Position numbers and translations under genes: made by a program | Origin: Mycobacteriales bacterium | GTDB lineage: Bacteria > Actinomycetota > Actinomycetes > Mycobacteriales > SCTD01 | Direction: 5' to 3' | Assembly: GCA_038235705.1 (NCBI GenBank) | Contig: JBBSTR010000001.1 | Coordinates: 43,541 to 107,540 of the forward strand | Length of the DNA stretch: 64,000 nt | In this document: positions 39,827 to 50,531 of the stretch, piece by piece | How the letters are laid out: every line of letters starts with the position of its first letter | How positions within the stretch are numbered: the stretch's first letter is position 1 | Notes under the pieces: model-generated | Database searches by the model: none | What the model saw: the letters and a program-made list of their open reading frames with translations, nothing else | What the model was told of the DNA's origin: nothing

Positions 39827-42012
39827 CAGCCCCGCTCGCCGGCGCGCACCATGAGCTCGGCCTGCACGTCGCGGCCGCGGCCGTCCTCGGGGAACTGGCT
39901 CCAGCACCCGTCGCTGCCGAGCTGCCACCGGCGCACGTCCGGCGCGAGCATCCGGTCGAACAGCGCGTCCAGCTGGGTCGAGACGTGCGGGTGCTTGACA
40001 CGGACCAGGGTCTCCACCCGCCGGTCGAGGTTTCGGTGCATGAGGTCCGCGCTGCCCATCCAGTGCTCGGTGGCGCCGTCGGCCACGCTGCGGTCCGGAT
40101 GGCCGAACACGAACACCCGGCTGTGCTCGAGGAACCGTCCCACGATGCTCGAGACGGTGATCGTCTCCGACATCCCCGGCACCCCTGGCCGTAGCGCGCA
40201 GATCCCGCGCACGACCAGCTCGACCGGGACGCCGTCGCGACTGGCCCGGTAGAGGGCGTCGATGATCTGCTCGTCCACGATCGAGTTGGCCTTCATCCGC
40301 ACCCGTGCCGGCCGGCCGGCACGGGCGTGCGCCGCCTCGGCCTCGATGCGCTCCACGATCCCGGTACGCACCCCGTTCGGCGCGACCATGAGCGTGCGGT
40401 AGTCCTTCTGCCGGCTGTATCCGGTCAGCGCGTTGAACAGGTCGGTCAGGTCGGCGCCGACCTCCGGGTCGGCGGTGAGCAGCCCGAAGTCCTCGTACAG
40501 CCGGGCGGTCTTCGGGTTGTAGTTGCCGGTGCCGAGGTGGGCGTAGCGCCGCAGGTGACCCTGCTCCTGGCGTACGACCAGGCAGGTCTTGCAGTGCGTC
40601 TTGAGCCCGACCAGCCCGTAGACGACGTGGCAGCCGGCCTTCTCCAGCGCACGTGCCCACCGGATGTTGGCGGTCTCGTCGAAGCGGGCGGTGATCTCGA
40701 CGAGCACCACGACCTGCTTGCCGGCCTGCGCCGCGTCGATGAGCGCGTCGACGATCGGGGAGTCGCCGGAGGTGCGGTAGAGGGTCTGCTTGATCGCCAG
40801 CACCTGCGGGTCGGCCGCTGCCTGCTCGACGAACCGCTGCACGGAGGTGGCGAACGAGTCGTACGGATGGTGCACCAGCACGTCCCCCTCGCGCAGGGCC
40901 GCGAAGACGTCTGCGGCCTTCTCGCCCTCGGCGAGCCGCGGGTGCGTCGACGGTACGAACGCCTCGTCCTTCAGCTCGAGGCGGTCGAGCGCGTAGAGCT
41001 GCCACAGCGAGGACAGGTCGAGCAGACCCGGGACCTCGACCACGTCGGCGTCGGTGATCTCCAGCTCGCGCACGAGCAGGTCGAGCACGTGCGGGTCCAT
41101 GCTGGAGCCGACCTCCAGGCGTACGGCAGGGCCGAACCGTCGTCGGGCGAGCTCGCGCTCGAGCGCCTGCAGCAGGTCCTCGTCGCGGTCCTCCTCGACC
41201 TCCACGTCAGCGTTGCGGGTGACCCGGAAGGCGTGGTGCGACGTCACCTCGAGCCCCGGGAACAGCTGCTGCAGGTGTGCCCCGATCAGCTCCTCGAGAG
41301 GGAGGAAGGTGCTGTCGGTGCCCACCTGCACGAACCGGTCGACGTTGTCGGGCACCTTGACCCGGGCGAAGTGCTCGGTGTCCACCACCGGGTCGCGCAC
41401 GATCACCGCGAGATTGAGCGAGAGCCCGGAGATGTAGGGGAAGGGGTGGGCCGGGTCCACGGCGAGCGGGGTGAGCACCGGGAACAGCCGGCTGCGGAAG
41501 TAGTCGCGCAGCCCCACCCGTTGCTCCTCGGCCAGGTCGGCCCACAGCACGATCCGGATCCCTTCGCGCTGCAGCGCGGGCCGCACGTCGCGCAGGAACA
41601 GCTCGGCGTGCTCGCGCGAGAGAGCGGCGGACTTCTCCGCGATCAGCGCCAGCTGACGACGGGTGCTGAGCCCGTCGGCGCTGCGCACCCCGAGGCCGGT
41701 GCTCTGCCGGCGCTTGAGCCCGGCGACGCGGACCATGAAGAACTCGTCCAGGTTGCTGGCGAAGATCGCGAGAAACTTGGCCCGTTCCAGCAACGGCGTC
41801 TTGGGGTCGCGGGCCAGCGCGAGGACGCGAGCGTTGAAGTCGAGCCAGGACACCTCCCGGTTGAGGAAGCGGTCTGCGCCGAGGCCGTCGTCGGTCTCCC
41901 CCCCGGGCACGGACGGAGGAGCGACGACCTCGAGCGTGGATCCCTCCTCGGCGTCGTTCGCTGAGCTGGGTCCGGGGGCGAGAGGAGCGGGGTCGGTCAG
42001 GCTGCCGGTCAT
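39826..42012 (-). CDS. ppk: Polyphosphate kinase 1
   Basis: About 727 aa from the ATG at 42012 (alternatives 42030 and 42033). Motif [16 protein letters not shown] and full-length PPK1-like sequence. Confidence 0.92.
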   Translation of the reverse strand: MTGSLTDPAPLAPGPSSANDAEEGSTLEVVAPPSVPGGETDDGLGADRFLNREVSWLDFNARVLALARDPKTPLLERAKFLAIFASNLDEFFMVRVAGLKRRQSTGLGVRSADGLSTRRQLALIAEKSAALSREHAELFLRDVRPALQREGIRIVLWADLAEEQRVGLRDYFRSRLFPVLTPLAVDPAHPFPYISGLSLNLAVIVRDPVVDTEHFARVKVPDNVDRFVQVGTDSTFLPLEELIGAHLQQLFPGLEVTSHHAFRVTRNADVEVEEDRDEDLLQALERELARRRFGPAVRLEVGSSMDPHVLDLLVRELEITDADVVEVPGLLDLSSLWQLYALDRLELKDEAFVPSTHPRLAEGEKAADVFAALREGDVLVHHPYDSFATSVQRFVEQAAADPQVLAIKQTLYRTSGDSPIVDALIDAAQAGKQVVVLVEITARFDETANIRWARALEKAGCHVVYGLVGLKTHCKTCLVVRQEQGHLRRYAHLGTGNYNPKTARLYEDFGLLTADPEVGADLTDLFNALTGYSRQKDYRTLMVAPNGVRTGIVERIEAEAAHARAGRPARVRMKANSIVDEQIIDALYRASRDGVPVELVVRGICALRPGVPGMSETITVSSIVGRFLEHSRVFVFGHPDRSVADGATEHWMGSADLMHRNLDRRVETLVRVKHPHVSTQLDALFDRMLAPDVRRWQLGSDGCWSQFPEDGRGRDVQAELMVRAGERG

Positions 42013-42016
42013 GCGG

Positions 42017-42694
42017 TCATCCTCTCGCATCATGGTGAACGGCCGTGATGCCGGCGACGACGGCGACGGTCCGCCGCCCGACGCCGAGGCCGAGCGCCTC
42101 CTGCAGGTCTTCCCACGTGTCGACGTCGCGGGCCAGCGTGGCGGGGGCCGACAGGCGTACCGCGCCGGAGGCTTCGTGGCGGGACGCGGACCCGGGGCCG
42201 AACGCCGGCAGCAGCGCTCGCCCGGCGGCGGCGGCCAGCAGCGTCGTGCCGGTACCAGGGGTGTCGGCGACGAAGGCCCGGTCGTGCACCTGACCCAGCG
42301 CTGCCGTGAGGTCACCGGGCCGGAGGCACGGGAGGTCGGCGGTCACGGCCGCGACGGCCAGCGTCGGCGACATCTGCGCCGCGCCGTGGACGAAGGCTGC
42401 GTCCAGGCCGCCGCCCGGGTCTGCGACGACCAGGACCCCGTCCTGGGCCAGCGTGGCAGCCGCGTGCGGATCGCTGGTGACCAGCACGACCCGGGAGACG
42501 ACCGGGCAGTCGAGCGCGGCGTCGAGGGCGTCGGCGGCGAACGCGAGCGCCAGGTCGGCGCGCACCAGGTCGGTCAGCGGCCGCAGTCGCGACTTCGCGA
42601 GCGGTAGCAGCTTCACGGCAAGCACCACCCCCCACCCCTGAGCCCCGGGCGGGAGTCCTGGCTCCGGCGCGAGGAGTCCGTGCTCGGCTGCCAC
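42017..42694 (-). CDS. cofC: 2-phospho-L-lactate/phosphoenolpyruvate guanylyltransferase (F420 biosynthesis, CofC/FbiD)
   Basis: 225 aa with [15 protein letters not shown] and [10 protein letters not shown] motifs. Adjacent to ppk, as fbiD is in mycobacteria. GTG start without a clear SD, so the start is uncertain. Confidence 0.75.
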   Translation of the reverse strand: MAAEHGLLAPEPGLPPGAQGWGVVLAVKLLPLAKSRLRPLTDLVRADLALAFAADALDAALDCPVVSRVVLVTSDPHAAATLAQDGVLVVADPGGGLDAAFVHGAAQMSPTLAVAAVTADLPCLRPGDLTAALGQVHDRAFVADTPGTGTTLLAAAAGRALLPAFGPGSASRHEASGAVRLSAPATLARDVDTWEDLQEALGLGVGRRTVAVVAGITAVHHDARG

Positions 42695-42810
42695 GTCGAC
42701 CAGTCTGAGGCCCGGCGGCGGGGCGGCTCGACACCGGGCCGTGACGCAGGCGACACTCGAGCCCCGGGACGACCGTCGTCGACCGGCTCGGTCCGTGGTG
42801 GGAGGTCGTC

Positions 42811-43608
42811 GTGCGTGAGCCGGGAAGTGCCGAGCGTCCCGAGGCTTCCCGTCCCGAGGACCCGCGTCCCGAGGCCTCGCGTGCGCAGCCGCCGCGTCGG
42901 CGTGGACCCTTCGGGCCGTGGTTCACGTTCGCCTGCGGCGTTCTCAAGCCGGCCGTGACCCTGACCAGCCGGACCACGTGGACCGGGCTCGACAACGTCC
43001 CCGCCGAGGGCGGCATCATCGTCGCGGCCAACCACACCAGCCTGGTCGACCCGGTCCTGCTCGCCGACCTGGTCGTCTACGGGATGGGGGCGCTGCCGCG
43101 CTTCCTGGCCAAGGACGCCATGTTCCGTGGGAACGGTCTGGTCGCCAGGGTGATGCGGGGCGCCCAGCAGATCCCGGTCAACCGCGGGGCTGCGGACGCC
43201 AGCGCAGCTCTCGGAGCGGCCGTGGAGGCGCTCCGGCAGGGCGAGTGCGTCGTCATCTACCCGGAGGGCACGACGACCCGCGACCCTGAGCTGTGGCCGA
43301 TGCAGGCCCGCACGGGGGTGGCCCGGCTCGCGCTGCTGTCCGGGGCTCCCGTCCTGCCGGTGGCCCAGTGGGGTGCTCACCGCATCCACCGACGGGGCTC
43401 GCGCCGGGTGCACGTCCTGCCCCGCAGCCCGGTCCTGCTCCGGGTCGGCCCGCCGGTGGACCTCTCAGCCTGGCAGGGGCGTCCGCTGGACGCGCAGGTG
43501 CTGCGCGAGGCGACCGCCGCCGTCATGTCCGCGGTGACCGACGAGCTGGAGCGCCTGCGCGCCGAGCAGCGACCTTCCGAGGTGTACGTGCACCTGAGGT
43601 CGGTGTGA
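42811..43608 (+). CDS. plsC: 1-acyl-sn-glycerol-3-phosphate acyltransferase
   Basis: The GTG at 42811 is preceded by GGAGG (42801-42805). Motifs [11 protein letters not shown] (HxxxxD) and [10 protein letters not shown]. Confidence 0.8.
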   Translation: MREPGSAERPEASRPEDPRPEASRAQPPRRRGPFGPWFTFACGVLKPAVTLTSRTTWTGLDNVPAEGGIIVAANHTSLVDPVLLADLVVYGMGALPRFLAKDAMFRGNGLVARVMRGAQQIPVNRGAADASAALGAAVEALRQGECVVIYPEGTTTRDPELWPMQARTGVARLALLSGAPVLPVAQWGAHRIHRRGSRRVHVLPRSPVLLRVGPPVDLSAWQGRPLDAQVLREATAAVMSAVTDELERLRAEQRPSEVYVHLRSV

Positions 43609-44600
43609 CCAGGGCTGCGGTCCTGGGGACCGGCTCCTGGGGCACCGCCTTCGCCAAGGTGCTGGCCGACGCGGGCAACGACGTGACCCTCTGGGCGCGC
43701 CGGGAGGAGGTCGCCCGGGCGGTGCGCGAGCAGCGCGAGAACCCGGACTACCTGCCGGGTATCCGGCTGCCGGACCGGGTCACCGCCACGACCGACGCAG
43801 CCGAGGCGGTGGCCGGTGCACAGCTCGTCGTGCTGGCGGTCCCGTCCCAGACGCTCCGGGCGAACCTCTGCGAGCTGGCCCCCCGGCTGGCACCCGACGC
43901 CGTTCTCGTGAGCTTGCTCAAAGGGGTCGAGGTCGGCACCTGCCAGCGGATGAGCGAGGTGGTTCGCGAGGTGACCGGCGCCGACGCCGACCGGGTCGCG
44001 GTGGTGAGCGGGCCCAACCTCGCGAAGGAGATCGCGCTCGGTCAGCCGGCGGCCACGGTCGTGGCCTGCACCGACCCGGACACGGTCCGGTGGTTGCAGA
44101 AGGTCACCATGACGTCGTACTTCCGGCCGTACACCAACCACGACGTGATCGGGTGCGAGCTCGGCGGAGCCGTGAAGAACGTCATCGCGCTGGCGACCGG
44201 CATCGCGGAGGGGTTGGGCTACGGCGACAACACCAAGGCCTCGATCATCACGCGCGGGCTCGCCGAGACCGCCCGGCTCGGGATCGCGCTCGGCGCCGAC
44301 CCGATGACCTTCGCGGGCCTGGCGGGCATGGGCGACCTGGTCGCGACCTGCAGCTCACCGCTCTCGCGCAACCGGACGTTCGGCGAGCGGCTCGGCCGTG
44401 GCGAGACGCTCGCCGAGATCGAGGCGCAGCCCCATCAGACCGCCGAGGGGGTCAAGAGCTGCTGGTCCGTGCTGGAGCTGGCCCGCCGGCACGGCGTGGA
44501 GATGCCGATCACCGAGCAGGTCTCGGCGGTCTGCCACGACGGGCAGCCCCCGTCCGGGGTCGTCGGTGCCCTGATGGCGCGCGACGCCTGCGCGGAGTGA
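43605..44600 (+). CDS. gpsA: NAD(P)H-dependent glycerol-3-phosphate dehydrogenase
   Basis: 331 aa with the GTG at 43605 overlapping the plsC stop (GTGTGA). Motif [18 protein letters not shown]. The upstream part of the ORF-track entry overlaps plsC and was trimmed. Confidence 0.92.
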   Translation: MTRAAVLGTGSWGTAFAKVLADAGNDVTLWARREEVARAVREQRENPDYLPGIRLPDRVTATTDAAEAVAGAQLVVLAVPSQTLRANLCELAPRLAPDAVLVSLLKGVEVGTCQRMSEVVREVTGADADRVAVVSGPNLAKEIALGQPAATVVACTDPDTVRWLQKVTMTSYFRPYTNHDVIGCELGGAVKNVIALATGIAEGLGYGDNTKASIITRGLAETARLGIALGADPMTFAGLAGMGDLVATCSSPLSRNRTFGERLGRGETLAEIEAQPHQTAEGVKSCWSVLELARRHGVEMPITEQVSAVCHDGQPPSGVVGALMARDACAE

Positions 44601-45334
44601 CCGACCTCGTTCCGATCGACCTTGCCCGGGTCGCGCGCACGCTCCTTGCGCACTACGGCGAAGAGCCCTGGTGGATGCCACGCCTCGTCCCGGAGATCAG
44701 CGTGCACGACGAGCTGCTGCTCGGCATCGTCCTCTGCCAGCAGAGCCGGTGGGAGCGGGTCGAGCAGGTGCTGCTCCGACTGCGTGAGGCCGACCTGGTC
44801 TCGTGGCACGCGCTCGCCGGGGCCGACCCTGACCTGCTCGCCCCGCTGTTGCGCGGCGCGGCCTACCCGGCCGTGCGTTCCCGGCGCCTGCCGGTCCTCG
44901 CCGCCGCCGTGCGGGACGCCGGTGGGTTGGCGGCGTTGCTGGCCGGACCCGACCCGCGGCGTGCCCTGCTGGCCCTGCCCCAGGTCGGTCCGGAGACCGC
45001 CGACACGATGCTCGCCCTCACCGGCACGAGCGTGCCCGTGGTGGACGCGTACCTGCGACGGGTCCTCGGGCGACTCGGTCTCGTCGACCCCGCGGCGTCC
45101 TACGCCACCCTGCGGGGCCGCCTTGCGGCGCAGGACACCGGTGGCGTGCCGTGGGGGGTGCTGCACGCCCTGATCGTCGAGCACGGGCTGCACCACTGCC
45201 TCACCGGACGGCCGCGTTGCGCGGGGCCCGCCGCGCCGCGTCGCGACTACGCCGAGCCCCGCAAGTGCGCCAGCCACTGCCCGCCGTGCGGCGGCTGCCC
45301 CTTCGTGACGGTCTGCCCTTCCTCGCAGGTGTAG
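44597..45334 (+). CDS. Endonuclease III-related HhH-GPD family protein with Cys-rich C-terminus
   Basis: 245 aa with GTGA overlap to the gpsA stop. Hh[17 protein letters not shown] and C-terminal CLTGRPRC...[17 protein letters not shown]. Confidence 0.65.
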   Translation: MTDLVPIDLARVARTLLAHYGEEPWWMPRLVPEISVHDELLLGIVLCQQSRWERVEQVLLRLREADLVSWHALAGADPDLLAPLLRGAAYPAVRSRRLPVLAAAVRDAGGLAALLAGPDPRRALLALPQVGPETADTMLALTGTSVPVVDAYLRRVLGRLGLVDPAASYATLRGRLAAQDTGGVPWGVLHALIVEHGLHHCLTGRPRCAGPAAPRRDYAEPRKCASHCPPCGGCPFVTVCPSSQV

Positions 45335-45362
45335 TGCGACCGGTCTCGGCAAGGAGACGCTC

Positions 45363-46757
45363 ATGACCTCACCTGACCCCGAGGAACGCTTCGACGTCGT
45401 CGTGCTCGGCGCCGGCTCGGCCGGTGAGAACGTGGCCACCGCACTGGCCGACGCCGGGCGCTCGGTGGCGCTCGTCGAGCAGCACCGGGTCGGCGGCGAG
45501 TGCGCCTACGTCGCGTGCATCCCGAGCAAGGCGATGCTCCGCTCGGCCCAGGTCCGCCACGAGTCCACCGAGCGACGGCGGCTCGGGGCGAGCAGCACCG
45601 AGGCCGAGCTCGACGAGGACGACGTCGCGTTCGCGCAGGCGGCGCGGCGGCGCGACGAGATCTCCCAGCAACGGAACGACCGGGCGTCGGCCGACGACGT
45701 CCAGCAACGGGGGGTGACGCTGGTCCGCGGCCACGGTGAGATCACCGCGCCGGGGCTCGTCACGGTGCACGGTCGTGGGCTCGGATGCTCCGATCTCGTG
45801 GTCGCGACCGGTTCGACGCCACAGGTCCCGCCGATCGACGGCCTCGACGGTGCGCCGACCTGGACGAGCGACGAGGCCCTGTCGGCCCCGGACCGCCCGT
45901 CGTCCCTGCTGGTCCTGGGCGGCGGCGCGGTCGGGTGCGAGCAGGCGCAGACGTTCGCCCGGTTCGGCGTACGGGTGGTGCTCGTCGAGCCGGCCGACCA
46001 GCTGCTTGGCGCGGAGGAGCCGTCGGTGGCCGCGTACCTTGCCGAGGTGCTGCGGGCGGACGGCGTCGACGTGCGGCTCGGGGTGGAGCCGGAGCGGGCC
46101 GACGGTGGCTCCGTACGGCTGTCGGACGGCAGCACGGTGACGGTCGAGCGGATCCTCGTCGCCACCGGGCGCACGCCGTCCACCGAGGGGATCGGGCTCG
46201 AGGTCCTGGGGCTCCCGGTCGACCAGCCGCTCGAGGTCGACAAGCACTGCCGGGTGGTCAGGGACGGCGAGCCGCTCCCGCACGTGTGGGGGGCCGGTGA
46301 CGTGACCGGGGACGCGCCGTACACGCACACCGCCAGCTATCGCGCGCGCGTCATCGTCGCGAACCTGCTCGGTGAGGACCGGGTCGCCGACCTGCGGGCG
46401 ATCCCGCGGGTGGTCTACACCGAGCCGCCGGTCGCGAGCGTCGGGCTCGACGCCGACCATGCCCGCGAGCAGGGGCTCGACCCGGTCACCGCGACCGTGG
46501 ACCTCGCGGAAGTCCCGCGCGCCAAGACCGAGGGTGCGCGGGGCGGGCGCCTCGTGCTGACGCTGGACCGCGCGACGCGTGTGCTTCTCGGCGCCTCCGC
46601 GGTCGGCCCGATGGCCGACCACTGGCTCGGCGAGGCCGTGCTGGCGGTCCGGGCGCAGCTGCCGCTGTCGGTCCTGCTGGACACCGTGCACGCCTTCCCG
46701 ACGTTCAGCACCGCTTACGAGCAGGGTCTGCAAGACCTCGCCGGCCAGCTCCGGTGA
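45363..46757 (+). CDS. Pyridine nucleotide-disulfide oxidoreductase (class I flavoprotein disulfide reductase family)
   Basis: 464 aa with FAD motif VVVLGAGSAGENVA, redox-active GGECAYVACIPSK (CxxxxC), NAD motif LLVLGGGAVGCE and a C-terminal dimerisation domain. Confidence 0.8.
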   Translation: MTSPDPEERFDVVVLGAGSAGENVATALADAGRSVALVEQHRVGGECAYVACIPSKAMLRSAQVRHESTERRRLGASSTEAELDEDDVAFAQAARRRDEISQQRNDRASADDVQQRGVTLVRGHGEITAPGLVTVHGRGLGCSDLVVATGSTPQVPPIDGLDGAPTWTSDEALSAPDRPSSLLVLGGGAVGCEQAQTFARFGVRVVLVEPADQLLGAEEPSVAAYLAEVLRADGVDVRLGVEPERADGGSVRLSDGSTVTVERILVATGRTPSTEGIGLEVLGLPVDQPLEVDKHCRVVRDGEPLPHVWGAGDVTGDAPYTHTASYRARVIVANLLGEDRVADLRAIPRVVYTEPPVASVGLDADHAREQGLDPVTATVDLAEVPRAKTEGARGGRLVLTLDRATRVLLGASAVGPMADHWLGEAVLAVRAQLPLSVLLDTVHAFPTFSTAYEQGLQDLAGQLR

Positions 46758-48619
46758 GCCTGGACCCGACGGGTCCGGGGCACGCCCCGCCGATCTCCGC
46801 GCACCGGTTGCTGGGGGACGGGCAGTCGACCGCGCTACTCCGGCCCGGCGGCGAGGTGGACTGGTGGTGCGCCCCGAGCATGGACTCCCCGCCCCTGCTC
46901 TGGTCTCTGCTCGACGCTTCGGGTGCGGCTTCGCGCTGGCTCGGCGTGCGCGCGATGGTCGGATCGGGGCGCGCCGCCGGGTCCGCGCTCACGACGGTGC
47001 TGCAGACCGGACGGGGCCGGGTCGAGTGCCTGGACGGCCTGCTGCGCGACGGTGACGACCACAGCTCGCTCGTACGCCTGGTGCGTGCGCTCGACGACGA
47101 CCTGGACCTCGGGCACGAGCTGGCGCTCGGTGGCTTCGACCAGCCGTGGGCGGACTGGGACGGTCAGGAGGCCAGCGTGGCAGGGCTGCGGCTGCGGCTC
47201 CTGGGGGCCACCGGCCGTACCGAGGACGGCTGGTGGCGCGGTCGCGTGCGGGCCCCTCGGCACACCTGGGCCGGCCTGTGCGTCACCCTGGACCCGGGAG
47301 CGGCCGGCGGCCCAGAGGACTGGCTGGCCGCCTGCCAGGTCAATGTGCGCGAGGACGACGAGTTCCTCGAAGGGGCACGGATGCCGTCCTGGGGCCGGCA
47401 CCGGGTCGAGGACGCTCTGCGGGTGCTGCGGCAGTGCACGTTCACCCAGACCGGCGCCGTGGTCGCCTCGCCCACCACCTCGCTGCCGGAGGCTCCGGGC
47501 CACGACCGGCAGTTCGACTACCGCTACACCTGGCTGCGCGATGCCTCGTTGGCGGTGTCGGTGGCCGCGCTCCTGGGCCGGTCGGACATGGCGGCCCGCT
47601 ACCTGGGCTTCGTGGTCGACCAGACCTCCTCGCGCCAGATGCCGAGCGGACCGATGACCGACCTGCGCGGGCAGCAGGTGCCGGAGGAGCGGGAGGTGCC
47701 CGGCGTCGCCGGCTGGGGTGGTTCGCTGCCGGTGCGGGTGGGCAACGGAGCGTCCGACCAGAAGCAGTACGACGCCTTCGGACTGCTGCTGGAGTCCGTC
47801 GCGGTCTACCTGCAGCAGGGCGGCTCGCTGACCCGACCGGTCTGGACCCTGGTGAAGGACGTCGCCGACGACCTCGCCGACGACGGTCTGTCCCGAAGCA
47901 CCTCCGGCATCTGGGAGCTGCGCGACCCGGCTGACCTGGTCTCGGCCGACATCGGCGTGTGGATCGCCCTGGACCGCGCGATCGGCATCGCGCGGTGGCG
48001 GCGACCCCTCACCCGTACCGGAGGATGGAAGCGCGCGCGGGCCCGCGCCAAGGACCGCGTCGTCGGTGCGCTGCAGGAGGACGGCGGACTCCCGCAGGCC
48101 CACGGTGACGGTGCGCGCAGCGCCGACGCCAGCGCTCTGATGGCGGTGATCTTCCGCCTGTTCGAGGGTGACGACCCGCGAGCCTCGCGACTGGTCGACG
48201 CGACCCTGGCCCGGCTGGACGTGGCGCCGTTCCTCTACCGCTACGAGCCGGCCGGCCCGGTGCCCGCGCTGCGCGACGACGGGTTCACCGGGACCGAGGG
48301 GGCGTTCCTGCCGACCTCGTGGTGGGTGGTCTCCGCCCTCGCCGCCTGCGGCCGCGTCGACGAGGCGCGGACCCGGGCCGTGGCCCTGGACGCGGCCCTC
48401 CCGGCCCTTCTCGCCGAGGAGATCGACCCGGAGAGCAGGCAGGGTCTTGGCAACACCCCGCTGGTCTGGTCGCACATGGAGGCAGCCCGTGCGATGTACC
48501 TGCTGGACGCGGCCGCCCTGCGTGAGCGCCGCGGGAGCCTCGTGCTGGGCCTGCGCAGGGTCCTGCACTGGGCGCAGTCGCGACGCAGCCGGCTCGCCCG
48601 CGCCCGCGCGGCCGGATGA
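46754..48619 (+). CDS. Glycoside hydrolase family 15 protein (glucoamylase/trehalase-like)
   Basis: 621 aa with GTGA overlap to the upstream stop. Motifs LLGDGQSTALLRPGGEVDWWCAPSMDSPPLLWSLLD and YRYTWLRDAS are typical of bacterial GH15. Confidence 0.8.
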   Translation: MSLDPTGPGHAPPISAHRLLGDGQSTALLRPGGEVDWWCAPSMDSPPLLWSLLDASGAASRWLGVRAMVGSGRAAGSALTTVLQTGRGRVECLDGLLRDGDDHSSLVRLVRALDDDLDLGHELALGGFDQPWADWDGQEASVAGLRLRLLGATGRTEDGWWRGRVRAPRHTWAGLCVTLDPGAAGGPEDWLAACQVNVREDDEFLEGARMPSWGRHRVEDALRVLRQCTFTQTGAVVASPTTSLPEAPGHDRQFDYRYTWLRDASLAVSVAALLGRSDMAARYLGFVVDQTSSRQMPSGPMTDLRGQQVPEEREVPGVAGWGGSLPVRVGNGASDQKQYDAFGLLLESVAVYLQQGGSLTRPVWTLVKDVADDLADDGLSRSTSGIWELRDPADLVSADIGVWIALDRAIGIARWRRPLTRTGGWKRARARAKDRVVGALQEDGGLPQAHGDGARSADASALMAVIFRLFEGDDPRASRLVDATLARLDVAPFLYRYEPAGPVPALRDDGFTGTEGAFLPTSWWVVSALAACGRVDEARTRAVALDAALPALLAEEIDPESRQGLGNTPLVWSHMEAARAMYLLDAAALRERRGSLVLGLRRVLHWAQSRRSRLARARAAG

Positions 48620-48692
48620 CCGCGTCGCTCGACCGATCGCGACGCCGGTGTGGCTGGCCGGACCTGAGACCGGCGGCCACTAGGGTCGCGCC

Positions 48693-49754
48693 GTGACGCG
48701 CACCCGGCTGGTCCTGCTGTTCGGCGGCCGCAGCACCGAGCACGCGATCTCCTGCCTGTCGGCCGGCAGCGTCCTGGCGACGCTGGACCCCGCGCGCTAC
48801 GACGTGGTCGCGGTGGGCATCACCCCCGAGGGGCGCTGGGTGCTCGGCCCGACCGATCCCCGGTCGCTCCGGCTGCAGGGCCGCAGGCTCCCCACGATCA
48901 CCGACGGCACCCCGGCCGTGCTCGCCGGCGACCCGAGCTCCGGGGGCCTGCGGGTCCGGGAGGGTGCCAGAGAGGTCCTGCACAGCGCCGACGTCGTCTG
49001 GCCGCTGCTGCACGGTCCTTACGGCGAGGACGGAACCGTCCAGGGCCTGCTCGAGCTGGCCGACGTCCCGTACGTGGGCAGCGGGGTGCTCGCCAGCGCC
49101 GCGGCGATGGACAAGGCGATCGCCAAGGTGCTGCTGCGCGACGCCGGGCTGCCGGTCGCCGATGCCGTCGTGCTGCGCCGCGGCGACGACCTGACCGTGG
49201 TCGAACGGCTGGGCATGCCGGTGTTCGTCAAGCCGGCCCGGGGTGGGTCGAGCATCGGCATCACGCGGGTGGACGAGACCGGCGCGCTGGTGGCCGCGCT
49301 CGAGACCGCCTGGGCAGCCGACCCGAAGGCGCTCGTCGAGTCCTCGGTGGTCGGCCGCGAGATCGAGTGCGGCGTGCTGGACGGGCCGGCCGGGCCCGAG
49401 GCCTCGCTGCCCGCCGAGATCCACCCCCCGCCCGGCGGCTTCTACGACTTCGACACCAAGTACCTCGACGGGGCGCGCCTCGACGTGCCTGCGGACCTGC
49501 CCGAGGCGACCGTGCACCAGGTGCAGAAGATGGCGGTCGCGGCCTTTCGCGCCCTCGGGTGCGAGGGGCTTGCACGGGTCGACTTCTTCGTGCCGCAGCA
49601 GGGCCTGCCAACCGTCAACGAGGTCAACACGATGCCCGGGTTCACCCCCACGTCGATGTTCCCGCGGATGTGGGCCGCGTCCGGCCTCGCGTACGAGGAC
49701 CTGGTGGACCGGCTCGTGCAGACGGCGCTGACCCGTCCCGTCGGGCTGCGCTGA
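48693..49754 (+). CDS. ddl: D-alanine--D-alanine ligase
   Basis: 353 aa with LLFGGRSTEHAISCLSA at the N-terminus and an ATP-grasp domain (EVNTMPGFTPTSMFP). Confidence 0.92.
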   Translation: MTRTRLVLLFGGRSTEHAISCLSAGSVLATLDPARYDVVAVGITPEGRWVLGPTDPRSLRLQGRRLPTITDGTPAVLAGDPSSGGLRVREGAREVLHSADVVWPLLHGPYGEDGTVQGLLELADVPYVGSGVLASAAAMDKAIAKVLLRDAGLPVADAVVLRRGDDLTVVERLGMPVFVKPARGGSSIGITRVDETGALVAALETAWAADPKALVESSVVGREIECGVLDGPAGPEASLPAEIHPPPGGFYDFDTKYLDGARLDVPADLPEATVHQVQKMAVAAFRALGCEGLARVDFFVPQQGLPTVNEVNTMPGFTPTSMFPRMWAASGLAYEDLVDRLVQTALTRPVGLR

Positions 49755-49773
49755 CCTGCCTCCTCGGGCAGTG

Positions 49774-50271
49774 CTAACCGGGTGCAGGAGCTTTCGGCAG
49801 GGTGTCCAGCAAGGGGACGAGGAAGCGCTGGATGACGGTGGCGTCGTCGCCGTCGGGCACCAGGACCGAGACGGTGACGGCGGTCCCGCGGCTCGTGAAC
49901 AGCGTGGCTGCCCCGAGGTCGTCCTGCTCGAAGCCGAGCAGCCGGTCGTCGTTCGGTGGCCCGAGGACGAACGGCTCCCCGTTCTGCCCGGCCGGCCCCG
50001 CGGCAGGGACACCGCAGGTGAGGACCACGGCCGGGTCGCCCCAGGCCGCCACCCTGGTCGGGTCGGCCGTGACCGCCCGTCGTCCGAGCTTCCCGCCGAG
50101 CGTCTGCGGGAGCAGCGGCGCGAGCCGGGCGCAGACCGCTGCGCCGGCGGCGTCGACCGGGGGCGGGGTGACACTGACGGGACCGGGGGCCGGCTGGTCG
50201 CTGCCGGAGCAGCCGCTGAGGACGAGCGCGGCCAGCAGCAGGAGCGCCGTCAGAGGTTGATGACCGGGCAC
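49774..50271 (-). CDS. DUF3515-like lipoprotein
   Basis: 165 aa with lipobox LVLSGC. The CARLAPLLP...AAWGDPAVVLTCGVP pattern recalls DUF3515 proteins found next to ddl in actinobacteria. The GTG start overlaps the upstream gene by 22 nt. Confidence 0.6.
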   Translation of the reverse strand: MPGHQPLTALLLLAALVLSGCSGSDQPAPGPVSVTPPPVDAAGAAVCARLAPLLPQTLGGKLGRRAVTADPTRVAAWGDPAVVLTCGVPAAGPAGQNGEPFVLGPPNDDRLLGFEQDDLGAATLFTSRGTAVTVSVLVPDGDDATVIQRFLVPLLDTLPKAPAPG

Positions 50272-50480
50272 GTCACGGTCCGGGTGATGCCCTCGACGGC
50301 CTGGATGCCCTCGGCCACGAGCCGGCCGAGCTCGTCGACATCGGTCGCGGACACCTTCGTGATGACGTCATAGCCGCCGGTGAGCACCTCGGAGCTGTCG
50401 ACCCCGGGCAGTGCCGCCGTCTCGCGGGCCACCTCGGCTGACCGACCGATCTCGGTCTGGATGAGGATGTACGCCTGCAC
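50250..50480 (-). CDS. Lrp/AsnC ligand-binding (RAM) domain-only protein
   Basis: 76 aa, MQAYILIQTEIGRSAEVARETAALPGVDSSEVLTGGYDVITKV..., a stand-alone RAM domain without an HTH. Confidence 0.7.
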   Translation of the reverse strand: MQAYILIQTEIGRSAEVARETAALPGVDSSEVLTGGYDVITKVSATDVDELGRLVAEGIQAVEGITRTVTCPVINL

Positions 50481-50531
50481 CGCGATGGTCGCGCTCCGCT
50501 CGGGTCCGCCCCCATCGGGTAGGGGGCTGTC

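Noticed and set aside
50481-50531. Possible TPP riboswitch upstream of thiL-thiD.
   Set aside because: The intergenic region is only 51 bp and no THI-box-like core (CTGAGA...ACCTGA) is visible. thiL and thiD kinases are often not riboswitch-controlled.
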